The position numbers and the translations under genes are program-made. This document shows positions 20,788 to 29,748 of a stretch of 64,000 nt of DNA, in pieces; the stretch's first letter is position 1, and every line of letters starts with the position of its first letter. Source of the stretch: an uncultured Actinomycetota bacterium (lineage in GTDB: Bacteria > Actinomycetota > Actinomycetes > Mycobacteriales > Mycobacteriaceae); the NCBI GenBank assembly GCA_963796545.1, contig CAWCMF010000026.1, forward strand, positions 135,209 to 199,208, in the 5' to 3' direction. Under the pieces are notes generated by a model. That model made no database searches and was not told the DNA's origin. It was given only the letters and a program-made list of their open reading frames with translations.

Positions 20788-20813
20788 GTCAACACTGTAT
20801 TAACAGTGTTGAC
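20788..20813. promoter_or_regulatory. TetR operator in the divergent intergenic region
   Basis: Perfect 11-bp inverted repeat GTCAACACTGT-ATTA-ACAGTGTTGAC, with an extra half-site GTCAACAC at 20762. Confidence 0.75.
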
Positions 20814-20867
20814 ACTAGCCTTTTTGGGGCGTGTAATAAAGATCTAGCACCAGATCAGAGGCTCGAC

Positions 20868-21320
20868 ATGATTGTCACCGTTGGATTAGTCGTTCTCCTC
20901 GTCGCCGTGATCGTCGGGTTCACCGGGATACTGACCAATGCGGGGGCCGCTCACCCGTTGACCGAGAACTTCGCCGTATTCGGCTATCACGTCACCGGGT
21001 CGACCGGCACTTTGTTCCTCGTCGGGATCGTGGTCGGCGCGGTGGCGATGCTGGGTCTGAGCCTGTTGCTGGCCGGTGCTCGGCGCACCGCGGGCCGTGG
21101 GCGCGACGCCCGACACGAACTCAAGAGGTCCCAACGCGAAACGGCGTTTCTGAACCAGGAGCGCGACTATCGGCTCGAACACCAGCAGGCCGGCGCAGCC
21201 ACTGGCTCACCGGTGACTTCGCAGGGGGCTACCACCCGCGGCAAGGGGTTTTCCCGGTTCGGTCGCTGGTCGCGCGGTCGACAACCGACGGGCACCGCGC
21301 GCGTGGACGGACCCCGGTAG
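20868..21320 (+). CDS. Hypothetical 2-TM membrane protein
   Basis: MIVTVGLVVLLVAVIVG...TLFLVGIVVGAVAMLGLSLLL, followed by a basic tail. Confidence 0.75.
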   Translation: MIVTVGLVVLLVAVIVGFTGILTNAGAAHPLTENFAVFGYHVTGSTGTLFLVGIVVGAVAMLGLSLLLAGARRTAGRGRDARHELKRSQRETAFLNQERDYRLEHQQAGAATGSPVTSQGATTRGKGFSRFGRWSRGRQPTGTARVDGPR

Positions 21321-21394
21321 GCACCGACCCCGGTCGAATTCTGTCAGCCCGCAGTCGCGGCCTCTGACCACCGAAAACGAAGGAGAATCCCGCA

Positions 21395-21568
21395 ATGAGT
21401 ATCGGTAAGAAGATCGCCCACAAGGCCGAGGCCGCCAAGGGCGCCACCAAGAAGTACTTCGGCCGCGCCACCGGCAACACCCGGCTGCGCACCGAGGGAC
21501 GCGTCGATCAGTTCAGGGGCAACACCAAACAGGCAGGAGACAAGGTCAAAGACGCCTTCAAACACTGA
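21395..21568 (+). CDS. csbD: CsbD family stress protein (not in ORF track)
   Basis: MSIGKKIAHKAEAAKGATKKYFGRATGNTRLRTEGRVDQFRGNTKQAGDKVKDAFKH*. AAGGAG RBS. Confidence 0.9.
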   Translation: MSIGKKIAHKAEAAKGATKKYFGRATGNTRLRTEGRVDQFRGNTKQAGDKVKDAFKH

Positions 21569-21664
21569 CCCGGCAACCCGGCCGACAACGCTGACATCGG
21601 CCGCGACCAAGTCTGATCCCGCTTATCTGTTCCCCTACATCTGCCTCGAAACGAGCTAAACGCC

Positions 21665-21820
21665 ATGATCATCCTTGGAATCATCCTCATCATCGCCGGA
21701 TTCCTGCTCAAGATCTCCATTCTCTGGACCATCGGGCTCATCCTGCTCGTCGTCGGCTTGGTACTGATGGTCATGGGAAGGACGGGACGCGCTGTCGCCG
21801 GCCGCCGCCACTACTACTAA
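21665..21820 (+). CDS. 51-aa membrane protein (DUF6131-like; not in ORF track)
   Basis: MIILGIILIIAGFLLKISILWTIGLILLVVGLVLMVMGRTGRAVAGRRHYY*. Confidence 0.82.
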   Translation: MIILGIILIIAGFLLKISILWTIGLILLVVGLVLMVMGRTGRAVAGRRHYY

Positions 21821-21921
21821 CCAGCACACGCAACTAGCCGGCAATACGACGACATGATTCGCCGCCCCCGCGAATTACCCCTTGGCCGCCCGTGGCCGCC
21901 GAGTATCCAAGGAGACACATC

Positions 21922-22122
21922 ATGCGTTTCGTAGGGCTACTGGTGATCGTATGGCTGATCGTGGGCGCATTCGCGGCCTACCAGCGCGGGTATTTCACAA
22001 ACGCCGCACAAAACTGTGCCAGCGCGGGGACGGTCGCGGTGACCGTTATCGCGGGACCACTTAATTACGTGGGTGTCAATCCCAAAGTGACGGATTGTCA
22101 AGTGCCGCAACCCAGTCCATAA
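21922..22122 (+). CDS. 66-aa membrane/secreted protein with two cysteines
   Basis: MRFVGLLVIVWLIVGAFAAYQRGYF...GPLNYVGVNPKV. AAGGAG RBS. Confidence 0.8.
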   Translation: MRFVGLLVIVWLIVGAFAAYQRGYFTNAAQNCASAGTVAVTVIAGPLNYVGVNPKVTDCQVPQPSP

Positions 22123-22185
22123 AGCCCACAGTTCAATTCCAACCGATTTGAACCTCGACCTGCTCAACCAATCCAAGGAGCCGAC

Positions 22186-22587
22186 ATGACTACCAGCAGT
22201 ATCGTTTTGATCGTCGTCGTTGCGATCGCCGCAATTCTACTTATCGCCGCAATCACGTGGGCGGCGCGCAAGAAACGCAACCAACACCGCCACGTCGAAG
22301 CTGACAAGATCCGCGAGTCCGCCAAGGAGGAAACACTGCAGGTTAAGCAGCGCGAAGCACTGGCCGACGAGACCGCGGCCAAGGGCCGCGCCGCCCAGGC
22401 CGAAGCCGACGTCAAGGCGGCCCAAGCCTCAGGTCTGCAACAGCAAGCCGCCGCGCACCGCAGCGAAGCAGTGACCTCCCGTGATCAGCTCAACGAGCAG
22501 CTGGACCGCGCGGACACGATGGATCCGGCCTCGCAGACACCCGAAACGCCTCGGACCGCCAACCGCAAGGAACACCAGGAGCATTGA
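22186..22587 (+). CDS. Membrane-anchored coiled-coil protein
   Basis: N-terminal TM followed by an Ala/Glu/Gln-rich helix. AAGGAG RBS. Confidence 0.8.
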   Translation: MTTSSIVLIVVVAIAAILLIAAITWAARKKRNQHRHVEADKIRESAKEETLQVKQREALADETAAKGRAAQAEADVKAAQASGLQQQAAAHRSEAVTSRDQLNEQLDRADTMDPASQTPETPRTANRKEHQEH

Positions 22588-22778
22588 CGGCCTGCGGGCA
22601 ATGCCCGCCCCCGCTACCTCGACTGCGTCTTACCGCGGCAGCACCGGGCTACTCACTGCTTCGGTAGGTAACGCCTGAGAGTGCGTGCCGCGTTGGCCGC
22701 GTTCGCCGCCGCCGAGAAGGCGAATATCTCGCACAGGATCGGGCCATGATGCATCCGGCCGGTTAGGAGAGGCCCGCA

Positions 22779-23594
22779 ATGTCTGACCACGCGTCGGCGT
22801 CCACCGCGACACAGATCGCCCAAAACAGCGTGTTCGAACGATTCGCCCGCGCCGGGTACGTCGTGAGCGGCCTACTGCACCTGACGATCGGCTACCTCGC
22901 CATCCGGATCGCCCTCGGCGTCGGCGGCGGCACCGCTGACCAATCCGGGGCACTAGCGGCGTTGGCAGCCAAACCGTACGGCATCGCCGCGCTCTGGGCC
23001 GCCGTGGTCGCGCTTGTGGTGATGGGGCTATGGCGACTCGTCGAAACAGCCCTCGGTCGATCGACCGACCCGAAATCCCAAGGCGCATCATCGGAAGTCT
23101 TAGATCGGGCGAAGGCCTTCGCGCTGGCGGTGGTCTATTTCGCGTTCGCATACTCCGCGTTCGGATTCGCCCGAGGTGCCGGAAAGTCCACTGGGGAGCA
23201 GAATTCGGATATCAGCGCACGCCTGATGCAGACCGACGCTGGCACGATCGCACTCATCGCCGCCGGCATGATCATCATCGCGGTCGGTGGATATCACATC
23301 TACAAGGGAGCCAGCCGCAACTTTCTCGACGACCTCAAAGGCCGCTCCAGCGACCTGGTGCGACGACTGGGCATGGTGGGCTACATCGCCAAGGGCCTGG
23401 TCATCGCCGGTGCCGGGGTGCTGGTCATCGTCGCGGTGAGTCGTTCGGAGCCCAATACGGCCACCGGCCTCGACGGGGCCCTGAAAACCCTCGGCGCCCA
23501 GCCCTACGGAGCAGGGCTCCTGATCGCCGCCGGGATAGGAATCATCACCTACGGCCTCTACAGCTTCGCCATGGCGAGATACACCAAAATGTAA
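22779..23594 (+). CDS. DUF1206 multi-pass membrane protein
   Basis: ARAGYVVSGLLHL, ADQSGAL, GYIAKG, GLDGALKTLGAQPYG repeats. Confidence 0.88.
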   Translation: MSDHASASTATQIAQNSVFERFARAGYVVSGLLHLTIGYLAIRIALGVGGGTADQSGALAALAAKPYGIAALWAAVVALVVMGLWRLVETALGRSTDPKSQGASSEVLDRAKAFALAVVYFAFAYSAFGFARGAGKSTGEQNSDISARLMQTDAGTIALIAAGMIIIAVGGYHIYKGASRNFLDDLKGRSSDLVRRLGMVGYIAKGLVIAGAGVLVIVAVSRSEPNTATGLDGALKTLGAQPYGAGLLIAAGIGIITYGLYSFAMARYTKM

Positions 23595-23864
23595 GTGTGT
23601 CTGGCGATTCAGCCACGGGCGGGCACCCCCGAGGACTCTCAAGAGGATGCTAAGAGCTGTTGATTTCACCGACGAGTGCGGCACGCTCAACTCCTCGCCG
23701 ATGTGATCCGTCAGATCGGCCACGACGAGCGGGCCGGGTAGGGACTTGCGCTGGCTACGGTTCCAGGTTGGTCAACGGGCCCGCAGGGGTCCGCGGATAG
23801 ATCCCTTCCGGTCGCGCGGATGCAGGCGGAGTCGCCTCGTTGGGGTAGCACGTAGGCTCCATTT

Positions 23865-24449
23865 ATGACTGCGAAGCTGTGCCTGGCCCAAGATCCCGAG
23901 GCTGACGCGCTATTGGAGTGCAGCCCGTTTGCGCTGCTCACGGGCATGTTGCTTGATCAGCAGATCCCGATGGAGGTGGCGTTCGGCGGCCCGAAGAAGA
24001 TCGCCGACCGGATCGGCAGCTTCGATGCGCGCGTGATCGCGGACTACGACCCGGAGGCGTTCGCTGCGCTGTGTGCGCAAACGCCTGCGGTGCACCGCTT
24101 TCCGGGCTCGATGGCCAAGCGCGTGCAAGCCCTCGCACAGGTCGTCGTCGATGAGTACGGCGGCGATGCGACGGCGCTGTGGTCCGACGGCGCGGACGGG
24201 CGGGAGGTGCTGCGTCGGCTCAAGGCGTTGCCGGGCTTCGGAGAGCAGAAGGCCAAGATTTTCTTGGCGCTGCTCGGCAAGCAGTACGGCGTCACCCCGA
24301 CAGGTTGGCGCGCGGCCGCCGGTGACTACGGCAAGGCGGGCGCGCACATGTCAGTCGCAGATGTGAAAGATCCGGGTTCGTTGCAGAAGGTGCGGACGTA
24401 CAAGAAGGAAGCGAAAGCTGCCGCGAAGGCCGCCAGGCCGGAGCCGTAG
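23865..24449 (+). CDS. HhH-GPD-type base-excision DNA repair protein (Rv1156-like), chimeric N-terminus
   Basis: GMLLDQQIPME, HRFPGSMAKR, LPGFGEQKAKIF. TAGGCT -10 box 6 nt before the ATG (leaderless). Confidence 0.92.
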   Translation: MTAKLCLAQDPEADALLECSPFALLTGMLLDQQIPMEVAFGGPKKIADRIGSFDARVIADYDPEAFAALCAQTPAVHRFPGSMAKRVQALAQVVVDEYGGDATALWSDGADGREVLRRLKALPGFGEQKAKIFLALLGKQYGVTPTGWRAAAGDYGKAGAHMSVADVKDPGSLQKVRTYKKEAKAAAKAARPEP

Positions 24450-24504
24450 ATGAAGAAGGCCGCCAGGCCGGAGCCGTAGATGAAGAAGGCCGCCAGGCCG
24501 GAGC
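24425..24504 (+). repeat. 30-bp tandem repeat, about 2.7 copies, spanning the stop codon
   Basis: GAAGGCCGCCAGGCCGGAGCCGTAGATGAA at 24425 and 24455, partial copy at 24485. Confidence 0.9.
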
Positions 24505-24546
24505 TCTCAGCGCCGAGACTGCTGTGAGATCACCGAACTCGGCGGA

Positions 24547-24939
24547 TCACGGTCTGGGCGCAGGCTCGCTGCGCGCCACATCGAGGCTCGCCAGGTCGGT
24601 GAGCACCTTGGCGACGACGCGTCCGGTGGAGGTGGCGGTGTCGAGGCCGTTCTGCAGGCAGCGAAGGGTGATGCCGCGGGTCGTGAGGTCGGCGACGGTC
24701 TGTGTCACTTCCGACACCGAGCGGCCCAATCGTTCGAGTGCCACCACGACGACGACGTCCCCGGAGCGGGCGTAGCTGAGCAGTGCGAGCAGTCCGGCGC
24801 GCATCTTGTCCGCAGAGCCCGTGGTCTTGTCGGTGAAGATCCGCCTCGAGTCCACCCCTGCGGCGGCGAGCGCGACGAGCTGCTCGTCGAGGTCGCCGCG
24901 GCCGCCGACGGCCGTCGCATAACCCAACGTCACCGTCAC
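24547..24939 (-). CDS. Resolvase-family protein, catalytic domain only
   Basis: LGYA..., RIFTDK, GDVVVVVALERLGRS, LDTATSTGR. No HTH, and YAT in place of YARVS. Confidence 0.8.
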   Translation of the reverse strand: MTVTLGYATAVGGRGDLDEQLVALAAAGVDSRRIFTDKTTGSADKMRAGLLALLSYARSGDVVVVVALERLGRSVSEVTQTVADLTTRGITLRCLQNGLDTATSTGRVVAKVLTDLASLDVARSEPAPRP

Positions 24940-24970
24940 CTATTCAAGGTCTCACGACGGGGGCGCGGCG

Positions 24971-25630
24971 TCATAGAGACTCGCCGTCGAATCTTTCCCG
25001 CGTGGCGAACTCCGACACCGGTCTGCGGGTCAGTTTGTTGACCTGTTGCTGCGGCTTTCCCAGCGGCAGCACTGCCGCGACGGCGTGGTCGTCAGGGATG
25101 CCGAGCAGCGCCTTCACGCGTGGCTCCTCGGCGACGGCCATCGTTGTCAGGACGCCGCCGAAGCCTTCGTTGCGCGCGGCGAGCAACACGTTCCAGACGA
25201 ACGGATACACCGACGCGCCCGCGATCACGCCGATCCGGTCGAGGTCCTGATCGAACGCCGCGACCACGGCCAGGTCGACGCACACCACGAGGACGACGGC
25301 GGACGTCAGCAGCGGCGTCGACAGTTCCGCGGGTACGTCGGTGGCCGCGAGCTGCTCTGCGGATACCTGCATGGGCTGCAACGGGTTCCACGGCCCTTCG
25401 CCGTTGCGCTTCTGCGCGATGTAGCGGCGCGCGCCCGTCTCGCACAGCGCGCCGAGGGCTTCGCGGGTGCCGCGGTCGCGCAGCGCGATCACGTGCACGC
25501 CCTGTCGGTTGCCGCCACTGGGCGCGAATCGTGCGTTGTCGAGGATCCGCTCCAGGACATCGTCGGACAGGGGGTCGTCGGTGAAGCGTCGCACCGCGCC
25601 GGTCGTGCGCATCACGTCGTACAGGTCCAT
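24971..25630 (-). CDS. Nitroreductase family protein
   Basis: RTTGAVRRF, ARFAPSGGNRQ, LLAARNEGFGG. Confidence 0.9.
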   Translation of the reverse strand: MDLYDVMRTTGAVRRFTDDPLSDDVLERILDNARFAPSGGNRQGVHVIALRDRGTREALGALCETGARRYIAQKRNGEGPWNPLQPMQVSAEQLAATDVPAELSTPLLTSAVVLVVCVDLAVVAAFDQDLDRIGVIAGASVYPFVWNVLLAARNEGFGGVLTTMAVAEEPRVKALLGIPDDHAVAAVLPLGKPQQQVNKLTRRPVSEFATRERFDGESL

Positions 25631-25681
25631 GTTGACGATCTTGTCTTATGGCACAGCGGACGCTGTGCCATTGTTGAACCC

Positions 25682-25828
25682 ATGAAGACTCACCTCAACT
25701 GCCCCTGCGGCGAAGCGATCACCGGCAAGGACGAGGAGGACCTCGTGGAGAAGGCGCAGGCTCACCTGTCCGAAGTGCATCCCGGCCGCGACTACGACCG
25801 CGACGCCATCCTGTTCATGGCCTACTGA
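25682..25828 (+). CDS. DUF1059-like small metal-binding protein
   Basis: MKTHLNCPCGEAITGKDEEDLVEKAQAHLSEVHPGRDYDRDAILFMAY*. Confidence 0.85.
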   Translation: MKTHLNCPCGEAITGKDEEDLVEKAQAHLSEVHPGRDYDRDAILFMAY

Positions 25829-25881
25829 CACCTGACGACGATTCGGCGTGTGGGTTCGACTCGGAATGCACCGCGTGCCGA

Positions 25882-26895
25882 TCAGGGGACGACGGTCGAC
25901 CCGATCGTCGGCATGAACTGGCACTGCTTCTCGGTCGTGGTGACCTGACCGAAAACCGTCGACATGATGCTGCCCGACCCCGTGTCGGCGATCGCCGTCA
26001 ACGTGGTCGGCCCGTTGGGGTTCAGGTCCGGGCGCGGCTTGAGCGTGACGCTGCCCGACTTGCCGGTGGTCAGGTTCACCCAGGTGGCGTTGAGCGGCAG
26101 CTTCTGTTCGGCGGCCGGGCCGGGCGTGCCGATCGCGGTGAACACGTACGCCGTCTGACCCGGGCCTGGCCCGGGCAGCGGGATCGTCGCCGGACCCGCC
26201 ACCGAGATCGCGGTCGCGAGCACGTTGCCACCGTCGGACAGGCAGCCGTTGCTGATCGACGGGTACAGGAAGTCCTGCGTCACCGGAGCGTTCGGGCCGA
26301 AACCCGGTGCGGCGCCCGGTGCAGCGGCGACCGGTGTCGCAACCTCCGCCGCTGGTGCAGGCGCAGGACCGGGTAGCGGGCCTGGAGCCGGGGCGGGGAC
26401 CGCCGCCGGTACGACGCCAGGTGCGGCAGCGGCCGCCGGAGCGTGCGCGACTTCGGGAAGTGCCAGCGGAACAGCCTCCGGCGCGGGTCCCAGCGCGTGG
26501 GCGGGGTTGACGCCGGCCGGCAGGTGCGCCTCGGCACCGGGCACTGCGCCGGTGGCAGGCACATGGGCGACGGGCTGAGCGACGAACTGGTTGACCGCCG
26601 ACGCGACGTCGCGCGACGGCTTCGGCGCCGCCATGTCTCCGGCGAACACCGCGGCGGCGGCCATCAGCATCGACGCGGCGTTGGTGGGGTCAGACGCCGC
26701 CTGCTGGATCACGGGCCCCAGGCTTTGCACCGCGGGCAGGCCGGGCGCCTGCAGTCCGTCGATCGGCAACGGCGCGACCGGCAGTGGCGCCGCCACCGGG
26801 TCGGCGTGAGCAACTCCGGTCACGCCGACCGTCAGCAAAACCGCGGATGAGCACACTGCCAGGGTGGTGGTGAGCGTCGTCCTGGTTGTTGACAT
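25882..26895 (-). CDS. Secreted Ala/Pro-rich protein (Rv1157c-like)
   Basis: Signal peptide ending AHA-D, QDFLYPSISNGC, WVNLTTGKSG, CQFMPT. Confidence 0.85.
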   Translation of the reverse strand: MSTTRTTLTTTLAVCSSAVLLTVGVTGVAHADPVAAPLPVAPLPIDGLQAPGLPAVQSLGPVIQQAASDPTNAASMLMAAAAVFAGDMAAPKPSRDVASAVNQFVAQPVAHVPATGAVPGAEAHLPAGVNPAHALGPAPEAVPLALPEVAHAPAAAAAPGVVPAAVPAPAPGPLPGPAPAPAAEVATPVAAAPGAAPGFGPNAPVTQDFLYPSISNGCLSDGGNVLATAISVAGPATIPLPGPGPGQTAYVFTAIGTPGPAAEQKLPLNATWVNLTTGKSGSVTLKPRPDLNPNGPTTLTAIADTGSGSIMSTVFGQVTTTEKQCQFMPTIGSTVVP

Positions 26896-26958
26896 GATTC
26901 CCCATTACTCCGGTGATCTAGGTGGGTTGTGGTCCGGCTTGCGGTCCCGCTCAGGGCG

Positions 26959-27564
26959 TCACGGCAGTGCTGAGAGCGGGGTGAACACCGTCTGACCCAC
27001 CGGAGCGGGCGCAGGCGCTGCCGCGGGTGCCGGTGCCGCAGCGTTGCCGGTAGGCAGCAGGCTGGCCAGCGGGTTCCCTGCGGGCATCAGCGAGGCGAGT
27101 CCGCCAGGAAGTCCGAAGGTGTCGGTCAGGCCCGACAGCGGTGACGGCGCAGGCGTGGTCGCGGCCGTCGCCGGCACCGTCGTGGTGTTTCCGATGGGCA
27201 CCAGACCTGGCAGCGCGGGTACCGCGGCCGGCACCGCTGGGACAGTGCCCTCCATGGTGTTGATCGTCTGCGGCAGGTTGATCGACGCGGTTGCGCCGGG
27301 ACCCGAGACCGGGGTCGCTGGGGTGGTGGTCGCGGTGGCCGCAGGCGCGCCACCGAACATTCCGGCAAAGGTCTGCATGAGTTGCGCGGCAGCCGCCGGG
27401 TTCGCCGCCAGTTGCTGCAGCATCGGCAGCCCGGGGATCTGTGGTGCGGGGGCCGGTGCCGGCGCGGGTTGTGCGACCGCTGCGGCACTGAACGCCACGG
27501 AAGCCGAAACCGCCCCAGCCGCGGCGATCATGGTTGTTGCGAACAGTTTTCGAGTGCGGTGCAT
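26959..27564 (-). CDS. Secreted Ala/Pro-rich protein (Rv1158c-like)
   Basis: Signal peptide, Pro/Ala-rich body, C-terminal LSALP, synteny. Confidence 0.8.
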   Translation of the reverse strand: MHRTRKLFATTMIAAAGAVSASVAFSAAAVAQPAPAPAPAPQIPGLPMLQQLAANPAAAAQLMQTFAGMFGGAPAATATTTPATPVSGPGATASINLPQTINTMEGTVPAVPAAVPALPGLVPIGNTTTVPATAATTPAPSPLSGLTDTFGLPGGLASLMPAGNPLASLLPTGNAAAPAPAAAPAPAPVGQTVFTPLSALP

Positions 27565-27641
27565 GAAAGATCTCCCATTTCCGTCGGTGGCGCAGATTGC
27601 CGTAGATGACATTGATGGCACGCCTGTACCCGAAGCTAGCC

Positions 27642-27674
27642 TGTTACTGGAGTTACTCAAGTGACACGTGTGGC
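27642..27674 (-). promoter_or_regulatory. Four phased 9-bp boxes (MtrA-like)
   Basis: Minus strand GCCACA-cgt-GTCACT-tga-GTAACT-cca-GTAACA. Confidence 0.5.
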
Positions 27675-27776
27675 ATTTATCCAACCGTTACGGATGTGAA
27701 GGCCGATGGTGACCACTCGCTAGAGTCAGGCGGATAGACACCATCGACTCCGCCACAGCGAGCCCCGGCGCCGCGG

Positions 27777-28976
27777 GTGGCCGCGCGCCTGTCGACAGCG
27801 GCGCCGATGTTGTTGGTGCTCAGCATCGCCGCGCGCCTCGCGTGGACCTACCTCGTGCCCAACGGCGCCAACTTCGTCGACCTGCACGTCTATGTCGGCG
27901 GCGCGGCGGCTCTGGACAACCCCGGAACCCTCTACGACTACGTCTATGCCGACCAAACGCCCGACTTCCCGCTGCCGTTCACCTACCCGCCCTTCGCGGC
28001 GGTGCTGTTCTACCCGCTGCATCTGCTGCCGTTCGGATTGGTCGCCTTCGTGTGGCAGGTCGGCATCATCGCCGCGCTCTACGGCGTGGTGCGCCTGAGC
28101 CAGCGGTTGCTGCCGCCGTCATCCGTCGCCGGTGATCGGCGCGTCGCGATGCTGTGGACGGCCGTCGGGATCTGGACCGAGCCGCTGCGGAGCACATTCG
28201 ACTACGGCCAGGTCAACGTGCTGCTGGTCCTGGCGGTGCTCTGTGCGGTCTACACCTCGAAATGGTGGTTGTCGGGCCTGTTGATCGGTCTGGCCGCCGG
28301 GGTGAAGCTCACGCCCGCGGTCGCCGGCCTGTATTTCGTCGGGGCCCGGCGGTGGGCGGCGGTGCTGTGCTCGGCGGTGGTCTTCGGGCTGACCGTCGGC
28401 GTGTCGGCTCTCGTCGTCGGCGACCAGGCCCGCTTCTACTTCACCGAACTCCTCGGCGATGCCGACCGCGTCGGCCCGATAGGGACGTCGTTCAACCAGT
28501 CCTGGCGGGGCGGGATCTCACGGATCCTGGGTCACGACGCGGGCTACGGCCCCGCCGTTCTGATCGGCGTGGCGGTGACGGCCGTGCTTGCACTGCTCGC
28601 GTGGCGCGCGATCGGCGGGGCCGAGGACCGCCTCGGCGCCATCGTGATCGTCCAGATGTTCGGTCTGCTGCTCTCGCCGATCTCGTGGACGCACCACTGG
28701 GTCTGGCTGATACCGCTGATGATCTGGCTGTTGCACGGCCCGTTGCGTGCCCAACTCGGTGCGCGCGTGCTCGGCTGGGGCTGGCTGGCGCTGATCCTGA
28801 TCGGCGTGCCCTGGTTACTGAGCTTCGCCCAGCCGACGATCTGGGTGATCCCGCGGCCCTGGTATCTCGCGTGGGCCGGCCTGGTCTACATCGCCGCCAC
28901 GGTGGCGACGCTGGCGTGGATCGCTACCCGAGGATCCCGTCGATATCGCGAGCCATCTGCACATCCTTGTCCGTGA
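27777..28976 (+). CDS. pimE: Alpha-1,2-mannosyltransferase (GT87)
   Basis: [43 protein letters not shown]. Confidence 0.92.
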   Translation: MAARLSTAAPMLLVLSIAARLAWTYLVPNGANFVDLHVYVGGAAALDNPGTLYDYVYADQTPDFPLPFTYPPFAAVLFYPLHLLPFGLVAFVWQVGIIAALYGVVRLSQRLLPPSSVAGDRRVAMLWTAVGIWTEPLRSTFDYGQVNVLLVLAVLCAVYTSKWWLSGLLIGLAAGVKLTPAVAGLYFVGARRWAAVLCSAVVFGLTVGVSALVVGDQARFYFTELLGDADRVGPIGTSFNQSWRGGISRILGHDAGYGPAVLIGVAVTAVLALLAWRAIGGAEDRLGAIVIVQMFGLLLSPISWTHHWVWLIPLMIWLLHGPLRAQLGARVLGWGWLALILIGVPWLLSFAQPTIWVIPRPWYLAWAGLVYIAATVATLAWIATRGSRRYREPSAHPCP

Positions 28977-29205
28977 TACCTCCCTCGGAGTGCGTTACCA
29001 GCGCGAAAGTCACTGTCCGCCAACGGATATCGATGTCGGGATGGTGGTCCTTGGCCTCGGCGTGTTCTGCGACGCGCTTGACGGCGTCGATGCCGTCCAG
29101 GAATGCCGGGAACTTGACCGACCGGCGCAGCGCACCGTCGGCCCGCTCCCAGCCGTCGAGTCCGGGTAATGCGGCGTCCACTTGTTCATCTGTCAACACA
29201 GCCAT
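28924..29205 (-). CDS. phhB: Pterin-4a-carbinolamine dehydratase
   Basis: [21 protein letters not shown]. Confidence 0.93.
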   Translation of the reverse strand: MAVLTDEQVDAALPGLDGWERADGALRRSVKFPAFLDGIDAVKRVAEHAEAKDHHPDIDIRWRTVTFALVTHSEGGITDKDVQMARDIDGILG

Positions 29206-29232
29206 GGTTTCGAAGGTATACCGTCTGGCGCA

Positions 29233-29631
29233 GTGTCAAACCTGATCGTGGTCGCCGGTGCGCTGATCGAGCGCGGGTCACTTCTGGTCGCCCAGCGTTC
29301 CAGGCCGCCCGAGTTGGCCGGCATGTGGGAACTGCCTGGCGGAAAGGTGATACCGGGGGAGAGCGACGCGGCCGCGCTGGAGCGCGAACTACGCGAGGAA
29401 CTGGGCATCGACGTGACGGTGGGCGCCCGCCTGGGTGACGACGTCGCGCTGAGCGCGTCGATGACGCTGCGCGCCTACCTCGTCACGCAGACCGGAGGTG
29501 AACTGCAACCCATCGACCATCGCGCGCTGCGCTGGGTGAGCGCGGATGAAGTCGGCGCCCTTGCGTGGGTGCCCGCCGATCGGGCATGGCTACCGGAGTT
29601 GACGCGGGCGCTCCAGAGTTCTTCACGCTGA
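29233..29631 (+). CDS. mutT2: (d)NTP pyrophosphohydrolase, Nudix
   Basis: [22 protein letters not shown]. Synteny with Rv1160. Confidence 0.88.
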   Translation: MSNLIVVAGALIERGSLLVAQRSRPPELAGMWELPGGKVIPGESDAAALERELREELGIDVTVGARLGDDVALSASMTLRAYLVTQTGGELQPIDHRALRWVSADEVGALAWVPADRAWLPELTRALQSSSR

Positions 29632-29748
29632 AAAAGCACACCGATCGCCTGCGCGCACCACAGCTTCGTGCGCGGCATACAGCGCGAGATTCGTTGCGCT
29701 CAAATCGATTCCGCGGCTACTCAGTGTCGTTGTCTTTTTGTTTCGACG

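Larger units (their letters stand above)
19497..23963. mobile_element. Degenerate serine-integrase genomic island inserted in the HhH-GPD gene
   Basis: Both ends carry GGCATG.T.CT.GATCA.CAG. Integrase remnant at the left end, replacement gene 5' end at the right end, cargo between. Confidence 0.8.

Noticed and set aside
23625-23730. Possible IS terminus and gene fragment inside the island
   Set aside because: No partner inverted repeat or recognisable protein motif could be found by eye.
24425-24504. 30-bp direct repeats as a CRISPR array
   Set aside because: Units are directly tandem with no spacers, and there are no cas genes.
24547-24939. Resolvase as the island's recombinase
   Set aside because: It lies outside attR and lacks the catalytic motif. 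The island has its own integrase remnant at attL.
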